From positions 1 to 26,960 of IMG/VR virus record IMGVR_UViG_3300017758_004567: a stretch of 26,960 bases of DNA; one strand, written 5' to 3'. The translations under genes and the position numbers were made by a program. Under the pieces are notes generated by a model that did no database searches, had not been told where the DNA came from, and was given only the letters and a program-made list of their open reading frames with translations. Of the stretch, positions 18,480 to 25,973 are shown piece by piece; within the stretch, counting starts at the first letter, position 1; each line of letters starts with the position of its first letter. This DNA comes from a virus. Taxonomy: Duplodnaviria; Caudoviricetes.

Positions 18480-19221
18480 TTTAAAATTTAATGATTATGA
18501 TTATTGTCTTCCCCATTTATTAGATGAGGAGCCTAAATATTTAGAATATTTTAGAAAGGCAAAAGCAGCAGGACGTTATATTATAATGGATAATTCACTT
18601 CATGAATTAGGAGAAGCTTATGATAGTTCACGTCTTATATATTGGATTAATGAATTAAAACCTAATGAATTTATAGTTCCTGATGTTTGGGAAAATGCAG
18701 AAGAATCTATAATAAATGCTACTATTTGGAATATTTATGACTTTCCAAAAGAAGTAGAAAAGGTAGCAGTAGTACAAGCTAAAACTATACATGAAGCCTC
18801 TGAATGTGCTAAAGCATATAAAGACTTAGGATATGGTAAAATTTGTTTTTCATATGGAGCTTCTTATTATAATGATGTTTGTCCTCATCCAAATAAAGAT
18901 TTAGGAAAAGCATTAGGTAGACTATATGTAATATCAGCTTTAATGAAGATGGGTGATATTAAACAAGATGATAGAATTCATTTATTAGGATGTGCTGTCC
19001 CCCAAGAATTTGGTTGGTATAAAGATATTAATTGTATAGAATCAATTGATACATCAAATCCAGTAATGGCTACCTTAGAAGATATACAATATAAAGGTTA
19101 TGGTCTGTATAAAAAACCAAAAGCAAACATGAATGATTTTTTTTATATGTTAAATGATCAAGTTGATTTTGATCTTTTGGATTATAATTTAAAAATGTTT
19201 AGAAAAGTAAATAATTTATAA
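18430..19221 (+). CDS. Divergent guanine transglycosylase (TGT/DpdA-like)
   Basis: TGT-barrel motifs in order: IIMDNS (cf. DSGG), IVPDV, VAVVQ, RIHLLG, SIDTS. No C-terminal Zn motif. Adjacent to queC. Confidence 0.72.
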   Translation: MAIKISHETPMCLLDDSLKFNDYDYCLPHLLDEEPKYLEYFRKAKAAGRYIIMDNSLHELGEAYDSSRLIYWINELKPNEFIVPDVWENAEESIINATIWNIYDFPKEVEKVAVVQAKTIHEASECAKAYKDLGYGKICFSYGASYYNDVCPHPNKDLGKALGRLYVISALMKMGDIKQDDRIHLLGCAVPQEFGWYKDINCIESIDTSNPVMATLEDIQYKGYGLYKKPKANMNDFFYMLNDQVDFDLLDYNLKMFRKVNNL

Positions 19222-19269
19222 CAACGTTAGCCTATACGTACAATACCTGGCAAATATAAAATAAATAAA

Positions 19270-20097
19270 ATGACACAATTAGAAATTCCTGGTTTTGAAA
19301 AACCAAAACACGCAGTAGTATCACTTTCAGGTGGTATGGATTCAAGTACATTATTGCTTAAATGTCTTGATAAATTTGAAACAGTAACAGCTTTATCTTT
19401 TGATTACGGTCAAAAACATAGAGTTGAACTTAAAAGAGCAAGAGCATTAGTAGATTATTTAAAAAGAAATGGTCATGATGTAACTTATGAAGTAATTAAA
19501 TTAGATGGATTAGTAAAATTATTAGACTCAGCCTTAGTTGAAGGAGGAGATGAAGTTCCAGAAGGACATTATGCAGCTGAAAATATGAAAGCTACGGTAG
19601 TACCTAATAGAAATAAAATATTTGCTTCAATATCTCAAGCAGTTGCTTTATCTGTAGCAAATCGAACAAAAGAACCAACTTCAATTGCCTTAGGAATACA
19701 TGCCGGCGATCATGACATTTATCCTGACTGTCGACAAGAATTTAGAGATGCAGATGATAAGGCATTTAGAGAAGGTAATTGGGAGGCTGATAGAGTAGGA
19801 TATTATACCCCATATCTTAAAGGTGATAAATTTACTATTCTTCAAGACGGGGAGATATTATGTGATAAATTAGGTATTGATTTTGATGAAGTTTATGCTA
19901 GAACCAATACTTCATATAAACCAACTCCTGAAGGGTGGTCTGATTATAAATCAGCATCTTCGGTCGAAAGAGTAGAGGCATTTATTAAATTAGGAAGACC
20001 AGACCCGGTACAATATGCTGATGAAACTGGTCCTGTTGATTATGAAATAGCAAAATCTTATGTTGAACAAGTATTAATAGCGTATGAACAAGAATAA
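19270..20097 (+). CDS. queC: 7-cyano-7-deazaguanine synthase
   Basis: SLSGGMDSST, SFDYGQKH, TVVPNRN, YPDCR. Confidence 0.95.
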   Translation: MTQLEIPGFEKPKHAVVSLSGGMDSSTLLLKCLDKFETVTALSFDYGQKHRVELKRARALVDYLKRNGHDVTYEVIKLDGLVKLLDSALVEGGDEVPEGHYAAENMKATVVPNRNKIFASISQAVALSVANRTKEPTSIALGIHAGDHDIYPDCRQEFRDADDKAFREGNWEADRVGYYTPYLKGDKFTILQDGEILCDKLGIDFDEVYARTNTSYKPTPEGWSDYKSASSVERVEAFIKLGRPDPVQYADETGPVDYEIAKSYVEQVLIAYEQE

Positions 20098-20257
20098 ATT
20101 AGAAAAAATCCCAGATCCAAAACTTCACCAACAAATAAGTTTTTTTAAATCTGGTGTAAGAATTGCAGGATATTTCTTTATTCCTTTTAATTTGGTTGCT
20201 GCAACTGCTTTACTTATATTGAGTGAAGTAATAGGTATAATTGAAGAATTAGTTTAA
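20084..20257 (+). CDS. Small membrane protein (57 aa), not in the ORF track
   Basis: Translated by hand: MNKNKLEKIPDPKLHQQISFFKSGVRIAGYFFIPFNLVAATALLILSEVIGIIEELV. Fills the queC-trx gap. Confidence 0.65.
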   Translation: MNKNKLEKIPDPKLHQQISFFKSGVRIAGYFFIPFNLVAATALLILSEVIGIIEELV

Positions 20258-20273
20258 TTAATAATAAATAAAA

Positions 20274-20522
20274 ATGAAAAAAATCTTATATTTTTCGGCT
20301 GCATGGTGTGGGCCTTGTAAACAATTAGCACCAACTATAAATAATTTAGTAGCAGAAGGATTCCCTATTACTAAAATAGATGTAGATTCTAACCCAGATT
20401 TATCAGCTCAATATTCAATTAGAAGTATTCCTACTATGGTTGTGCTTGATGAAAATGGTATTGAAATAAATAAAGTAAGTGGATCTAGATCTTCTAATGA
20501 AATTAAAAACCTTTTAAATTAA
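20274..20522 (+). CDS. trxA: Thioredoxin
   Basis: YFSAAWCGPCK, KIDVD, IRSIPT. Confidence 0.92.
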   Translation: MKKILYFSAAWCGPCKQLAPTINNLVAEGFPITKIDVDSNPDLSAQYSIRSIPTMVVLDENGIEINKVSGSRSSNEIKNLLN

Positions 20523-20526
20523 TAAT

Positions 20527-20850
20527 ATGAAATATGCAAATAAAGATGTAGCAATACATTATTTTACAAATCCAGCAATGGAAAATGAACCTCTAGGAAA
20601 AATTGTTGATGGTGTTATGCATCAAGTAGCTAGAGTAGTCCCAACAAGAAAAGTTAATACTGAATATGAAGCAGATTATACTCATAAAATGGGGGCAAAA
20701 GAAGTACCTTCTATTATATTTACAGATACCTCAGGTACTAAAACACATCTTTATGTAGGTGGAAATCAAATGAGTACTATATCTTTAGAGGGTGTTACTA
20801 AAATATTAGATGATATTATAAACTTTAATACAAATAACTATAATGGGTAA
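20527..20850 (+). CDS. Cys-less thioredoxin-fold-like protein
   Basis: IHYFT..RKVNTE..GAKEVPSIIFTD parallels ILYFS..TKIDVD..SIRSIPTMVVLD of the upstream Trx. Confidence 0.55.
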   Translation: MKYANKDVAIHYFTNPAMENEPLGKIVDGVMHQVARVVPTRKVNTEYEADYTHKMGAKEVPSIIFTDTSGTKTHLYVGGNQMSTISLEGVTKILDDIINFNTNNYNG

Positions 20851-21307
20851 ATTTCAATCAAGTAAAGTATTTGATGGATTTTCAACAGTATTCCGTCAAT
20901 GGAAAGCAAAAGATACACATTGTAGGTTTGTTCATGGTTATGGTATATCATTTAAAATATATTTTGAAGGTGAATTAGATGATAGAAATTGGGTTTGGGA
21001 CTTTGGTGGAATGAAACGTGCTAAAACTAGAATTGATGGGTTACAACCAAAAGCATGGATGGATTATATGTTTGATCATACTATGGTTATAGCTGAAGAT
21101 GATCCTGAAATAGAAGCCTTTAAACAAATGGATAAAGCAGGAGTAGCCCAAGTAAGAATAATTCCAGCTACTGGTGCAGAAAAATTTGCTGAATATATTT
21201 ATAGTAACATAAATGAATTTGTTAAAACTGAAACTAATAATAGAGTTAGAGTTACTAAAGTTAAATTTATGGAACATGGTAAAAATGCTGCATATTACAG
21301 CGAATAA
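20843..21307 (+). CDS. queD: 6-carboxy-5,6,7,8-tetrahydropterin synthase
   Basis: HCRFVHGY, WVWDFG, FDH, GAEKFA. Confidence 0.9.
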   Translation: MGKFQSSKVFDGFSTVFRQWKAKDTHCRFVHGYGISFKIYFEGELDDRNWVWDFGGMKRAKTRIDGLQPKAWMDYMFDHTMVIAEDDPEIEAFKQMDKAGVAQVRIIPATGAEKFAEYIYSNINEFVKTETNNRVRVTKVKFMEHGKNAAYYSE

Positions 21308-21349
21308 AAGTACAACAGTGAATGAAAAACCACTTAAAAAAATTAACGA

Positions 21350-22135
21350 ATGCATAAACAATTGAAAAGAATCGAAGATTACGATAAGAATCTCCCTATC
21401 GTAGAAATTTACACAGCAGTTCAATCAGAAGGATCTAGAGCTGGTTATCCTACAGTAGTTATTAGAACAACAGGTTGCACCCATCGATGCTATTTTGGCG
21501 AAGGTGGATGGTGTGACTCTTGGTATACCAGTATTCATCCTGAAAAAGGACATTTTAACTTTAAGGACATTATTGCAATGTACAAAAATAATCCTCATAT
21601 AAAAGAGATGATGTTAACAGGGGGTTCGCCTACTATGCATCCAGCTCTAGTAAATGAATTAACACACTTTGCACATGAAAATGATATATTTATTACTATT
21701 GAAACTGAGGGATCTCATTTTCTCCCCACAGATTATCCTATTAATTTGTTATCTATTAGTCCTAAGTTTTCTAATTCTGTTCCACAGTTAGGAGTTTTAA
21801 CCCCTCAAGGAAAAGAAACAGATGAAAAAATGATTAAAACACATAATAGGCTTAGGCTTAATTACGATGCAATTAAACAATCAATAGCTTATCATTCTGA
21901 TTTTCATATTAAACCTGTGTGGGATGGTAAAGATCAAGATGCATTGGCTGAAATTATGGATTGCATAACTCAATTAGAAGTCAAACCAGAAAAAGTTTGG
22001 TTTATGCCTGCTGGGGATTCTAGAGAAGCATTATTTAAATCTTATCCTGTATTATTTGATTGGGTTAGGGATAATGGTTATAGGATGACTTGGAGACCAC
22101 ATATTATAGCTTTTGAAGACAAAAGAGAGGTCTAA
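21350..22135 (+). CDS. queE: 7-carboxy-7-deazaguanine synthase (radical SAM)
   Basis: EIYTAVQSEG, RTTGCTHRC..WCDS, LTGGSP, IETEG, SISPK. Confidence 0.92.
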   Translation: MHKQLKRIEDYDKNLPIVEIYTAVQSEGSRAGYPTVVIRTTGCTHRCYFGEGGWCDSWYTSIHPEKGHFNFKDIIAMYKNNPHIKEMMLTGGSPTMHPALVNELTHFAHENDIFITIETEGSHFLPTDYPINLLSISPKFSNSVPQLGVLTPQGKETDEKMIKTHNRLRLNYDAIKQSIAYHSDFHIKPVWDGKDQDALAEIMDCITQLEVKPEKVWFMPAGDSREALFKSYPVLFDWVRDNGYRMTWRPHIIAFEDKREV

Positions 22136-22269
22136 TGAATAAACAAGAGGCATTAGAAGTATTAGAAGAAATAACAGAAAATATAAATGTATGTTGTGCT
22201 ATAACAATGGAACCTGATGAAGTATTAGTATTAATAGATAAATTAAAAAAATATATAGAAAATGTATAA
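22135..22269 (+). CDS. Small hypothetical protein (44 aa), not in the ORF track
   Basis: Translated by hand: MNKQEALEVLEEITENINVCCAITMEPDEVLVLIDKLKKYIENV. TAATG coupled to queE. Confidence 0.55.
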   Translation: MNKQEALEVLEEITENINVCCAITMEPDEVLVLIDKLKKYIENV

Positions 22270-22600
22270 ATACAATGCAAAATTAGATAGAGTTGTTGAT
22301 GGAGATACTGTTGATGCCCTTGTAGATTTAGGATTTAATACTTGGAAAAAAGTAAGAATTAGAATGGTAGGAATGAACGCTCCAGAATCAAGAACTAGAG
22401 ATTTAGAAGAAAAAGCAAGAGGGATTGCTGCTAAAATTAGATTAGAAGAATTACTAGAAAAAGGATCATTTATCTTAGAATCCCAAGGTGTTGGTAAATA
22501 TGGTAGATGTTTAGGAATTATATTTGTTAATGAAGTAAATGTAAATAAACAATTAATAACTGAAGGACATGCTGTAGAGTATAATGGAGGTAAAAGATAA
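22262..22600 (+). CDS. Staphylococcal nuclease-like (thermonuclease) protein
   Basis: RVVDGDTV, IRMVGMNAPES, KYGRCLG, VNKQLITEGHA. No signal peptide. Confidence 0.88.
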   Translation: MYKYNAKLDRVVDGDTVDALVDLGFNTWKKVRIRMVGMNAPESRTRDLEEKARGIAAKIRLEELLEKGSFILESQGVGKYGRCLGIIFVNEVNVNKQLITEGHAVEYNGGKR

Positions 22601-22606
22601 GAATTT

Positions 22607-23038
22607 ATGGTAAAAACAGAAAATAAATCATTTCTTAGTTGGGATGATGTAGAGGTTTTAGTAAAAAAGTTATGTGATAAAATATTAATTTCAAAGTTAG
22701 AAATTAAAGATATTTGGGGGTTACCTAGAGGTGGATTAATTCCTGCTGTTATGGTTTCACATAAATTAGGAATCCCAATGACTAAAGGCACAATAACTCC
22801 TGATACATTAATTATAGATGATATATGTGATAGTGGTGTTACATTATCAAATTTTTACAAAACTTATCAAGACGAATTTGCATTTCCTTTTAATTTAAAA
22901 ACAGCATGTTTACATTATAAACCTCATACATCAGTTTTTGAACCTACTTTATTTGCTAATCAATGGAGTAGTAATAATTGGATTATTTATCCTTGGGAGA
23001 GAAATGATGCAGAAGCAATTCAAGATTATAAACTATAG
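22607..23038 (+). CDS. Type I phosphoribosyltransferase (purine PRT, Gpt-like)
   Basis: LSWDD, GLPRGGLIPA, PRPP-binding LIIDDICDSGVTL, WIIYPWE. Confidence 0.88.
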   Translation: MVKTENKSFLSWDDVEVLVKKLCDKILISKLEIKDIWGLPRGGLIPAVMVSHKLGIPMTKGTITPDTLIIDDICDSGVTLSNFYKTYQDEFAFPFNLKTACLHYKPHTSVFEPTLFANQWSSNNWIIYPWERNDAEAIQDYKL

Positions 23039-23068
23039 TTTGGAATTTCACCAAATTATTCGTATATT
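23039..23068 (+). promoter_or_regulatory. Putative phage promoter (TTTGG-N15-TTCGTATATT)
   Basis: Motif copy upstream of folE, the MazG-like gene and polB. Confidence 0.72.
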
Positions 23069-23089
23069 ATATTATATAAAAAATTAAAA

Positions 23090-23788
23090 ATGGCAGAAAA
23101 CAAACGAAGAAAAATTCACGAAGAATTAGAAGTTGTACAAGAAGGTTTTGCTAATGGTGTAGCACCAGGATTCCCTTTAAAACAACAAGAAAAAGATAAA
23201 ATGATAGACCAAGCTGAAGAAGCATACGGTCAGTTTTTAGATGCTTTAAAATGTGATTGGAGAAATGATCCAAACTCAATGGAAACCCCAAGACGTGTAG
23301 CTAAAGCATATGTAAATGATTTATGGGCAGGTAGATATACTGCAATGTCTCCTATAACATCATTCCCATCTGATGGTTATGATGGTATTGTTATTGAAAG
23401 AAATATTCCACTTACCTCAATGTGTTCACATCATCACCAAACAATTGGAGGAGTAGTTCATATTGGTTATATTGCAGGAGATGAAGGTCAAGTAATTGGT
23501 TTATCTAAATTAAATAGAATCGTTGAATTATTTGGTCGTAGGGGAGCTATTCAAGAACAATTAACATCAGCTATCCATAATGCTGTAGATAAAATTACTG
23601 AAGGTAATAAAGGTGTAATTGTTACTATTGTAGGCACACATAACTGTGTTAGTTGTAGAGGTGTTAAACATCAAGGAGCAGCTATGGTAACAACCAAAGC
23701 ATCTGGGGTATTTAGAGAAAATGATAATTTAGCAAGAAAAGAATTTTTTGACAGTCTGAAGATTAATAACGGAGGACATAATATTTAA
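23090..23788 (+). CDS. folE: GTP cyclohydrolase I
   Basis: ETPRRVAK, SMCSHH, GLSKLNR, IQEQLT, HNCVSCRGV. Confidence 0.95.
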   Translation: MAENKRRKIHEELEVVQEGFANGVAPGFPLKQQEKDKMIDQAEEAYGQFLDALKCDWRNDPNSMETPRRVAKAYVNDLWAGRYTAMSPITSFPSDGYDGIVIERNIPLTSMCSHHHQTIGGVVHIGYIAGDEGQVIGLSKLNRIVELFGRRGAIQEQLTSAIHNAVDKITEGNKGVIVTIVGTHNCVSCRGVKHQGAAMVTTKASGVFRENDNLARKEFFDSLKINNGGHNI

Positions 23789-23800
23789 ATAATAATAGTT

Positions 23801-24298
23801 ATGAGTAAAAGTAATGTACCATTTGTAAATGAAGTAGAGGAATTTAATTCCACTATGGGTAAACCTAATAATTATGAACCAACAATTCCAGAAAAAAAAG
23901 AATGGCAGTTTGTTTATGATTTTATCCTTGAAGAACTTGAAGAATATAAACATGCCTGTGAAACAGGAGATATTGTTGAGATTCTTGATGCTTTATGTGA
24001 CATTGCCTATGTTTCATTGGGTAACGGAACTATGTTACATGGTCTTAAGGATAAGATATGGCCAGCGTATCAAGAAGTACAAGGGTCGAATATGTCAAAG
24101 GCTTGTTCAAGCGAAGAGGATGCACAAGCGACAGTGGAAAAAAGATCAATTGAACAAAAGGAACCGTGTCACTATGAAAAAGTTGGCGATTATTATATTG
24201 TCTATAGAACACGAGATAGGAAAGTAATGAAAAATGTTAAATATTATAGACCAGATCTAAAACAATTTTTTACTAAAGAAGAATTAAAGAATGTATAA
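23801..24298 (+). CDS. MazG-like all-alpha NTP pyrophosphohydrolase
   Basis: FILEELEEY..EILDALCDIAYV, EVQGSNMSK, KVMK. Confidence 0.85.
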   Translation: MSKSNVPFVNEVEEFNSTMGKPNNYEPTIPEKKEWQFVYDFILEELEEYKHACETGDIVEILDALCDIAYVSLGNGTMLHGLKDKIWPAYQEVQGSNMSKACSSEEDAQATVEKRSIEQKEPCHYEKVGDYYIVYRTRDRKVMKNVKYYRPDLKQFFTKEELKNV

Positions 24299-25973
24299 AA
24301 AGGCATTTGCAAGACGTCTTAAAGATAATAAGTTTTTAATACATTTATGGGAAGATCAGGGTTATTCTAAAGTAGAATGGGATAATCAAGCTTATATTGA
24401 ATGTCATGAAGCTGATGCCCAATTTACGGGACTAAATGGTGAACCCCTTAAAAAAATTAAAAACTATAGAAATGATACTCCAAAACTTCATTTCCATGAT
24501 ATGCCCCCCTATCAAAAATTTCTAGTTGAAAAATATGGAATTAATGATGAACCCTCTTCGACCCATAGAGAAATATTTTTTGATATTGAAACAGAAATGG
24601 GTGATGCTCTTACAGAAGAATATATTAAGTCAGCACCTAAAAAAGTAACATCAATAGCTTGGTATGATAAACAAGTAGATTTGTGGGGTATTGTTATTTT
24701 AGATCCTAAAGGACAATTAAAACATACTAAGGCAAGAAATAAAGAAATAATTCCTTGTAAAACAGAAGAAGAATTACTAGCTAAATTTCTAGAATTATTT
24801 AGGGAAATGGATCCTGATATTATAGTAGGATGGAATAGTGATTACTTTGATGTCCCTTATTTATATTATAGAATGTGTAATGTATTAGGAGAAGATTTTG
24901 CAAGACATTTATCTCCTATTGGTTATGTAAGAGAAACACCTTGGTTTAAAGACCAATATATTCAAATAGCAGGTGTTGAATCTTTAGATTACATGAGACT
25001 ACATAAAAAATTCAGTTGGGCAGATGAACCTTCTATGAGGTTAGATGCCATTGGAGAAAAATATGTAGGGATGAATAAAATAGAATATGAAGGTAATCTT
25101 GATCAATTATTTGAAACTGATATTCATAAATTTATTAAATATAATTTTGTTGATGTTGAGATATTAAAAAAACTAGATGAAAAGTTAGATTACTTAGCAT
25201 TAACTAAAAACCTAGCACATAAAGGTAAACATAATTATAGTGAGGTTTATGCCAATACTAAAACACAAGATGGAGCTATTTCGGCTTATCTACTAAGTAA
25301 AGGTATTATCCCTCCTGCAAAGGAACGTAATCCAATTTCTAAAAAGAATTATGCTGGTGGGTATTTATTTTGTCCTAAAGCAGGAATTTATAATTATGTT
25401 TTTGATGAAGATTTAACATCACTATACCCTTCAATTATTATGACTATTAATATTGGTAAGGAAACTATGGTTGGAAGAATTATAGATGCTGATGATAGAA
25501 ATAATCGTTTGGGTTTAAATGATTTAAAATGTAGAGATTATGCTGAAGAGTTAATTGTTGAAAATTTAAAAAGAAATAGAACAAAAGTTAATATAGGTAG
25601 AATTGTTGCAATGGTAGAACAAAACGATTTATCAATCTCAGCAAATGGTGTTATGTTTAATACAGATCGTGAGTCAGTATTATCTACTATTTTAAAAAAA
25701 TGGTTTGATGAAAGAGTTGAGTATAAAAACGAAATGAAAAAAGCATATAAAGATGGAAATAAAGAATTAGGTGCTGCTTTTCATATGAAACAATATACTA
25801 TGAAGATTTTACTTAATTCGTTATATGGTGCTACTGCTTTAGGGTCATTCCGTTATGGGAATGTTATATTATCTGAGTCTATAACGCTTAGTGGACAGCG
25901 AATTATACAAGAATCTGCATTAGCAGCCAATAGACATATGAATAAAGTTATAAAAGAAGGATTAGAATTATGA
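24291..25973 (+). CDS. Family B DNA polymerase, N-terminal part (3'-5' exonuclease, motifs A and B)
   Basis: FFDIET, GWNSDYFDVPY, YNFVDV, DLTSLYPSII, KILLNSLYG, ITLSGQ. Confidence 0.92.
   Translation: MYKKAFARRLKDNKFLIHLWEDQGYSKVEWDNQAYIECHEADAQFTGLNGEPLKKIKNYRNDTPKLHFHDMPPYQKFLVEKYGINDEPSSTHREIFFDIETEMGDALTEEYIKSAPKKVTSIAWYDKQVDLWGIVILDPKGQLKHTKARNKEIIPCKTEEELLAKFLELFREMDPDIIVGWNSDYFDVPYLYYRMCNVLGEDFARHLSPIGYVRETPWFKDQYIQIAGVESLDYMRLHKKFSWADEPSMRLDAIGEKYVGMNKIEYEGNLDQLFETDIHKFIKYNFVDVEILKKLDEKLDYLALTKNLAHKGKHNYSEVYANTKTQDGAISAYLLSKGIIPPAKERNPISKKNYAGGYLFCPKAGIYNYVFDEDLTSLYPSIIMTINIGKETMVGRIIDADDRNNRLGLNDLKCRDYAEELIVENLKRNRTKVNIGRIVAMVEQNDLSISANGVMFNTDRESVLSTILKKWFDERVEYKNEMKKAYKDGNKELGAAFHMKQYTMKILLNSLYGATALGSFRYGNVILSESITLSGQRIIQESALAANRHMNKVIKEGLEL

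Noticed and set aside
18430-23788. Cluster interpreted as host-type queuosine tRNA modification or folate auxiliary metabolism
   Set aside because: No queF, queA, queG/H or other folate genes are in the window, the TGT-like protein lacks tRNA-TGT zinc features, and the context is DNA replication. It is not formally excluded.
23874-24227. 117-aa alternative-frame ORF within the MazG-like gene
   Set aside because: Nested and motif-free. Nothing supports overprinting beyond the absence of stops.
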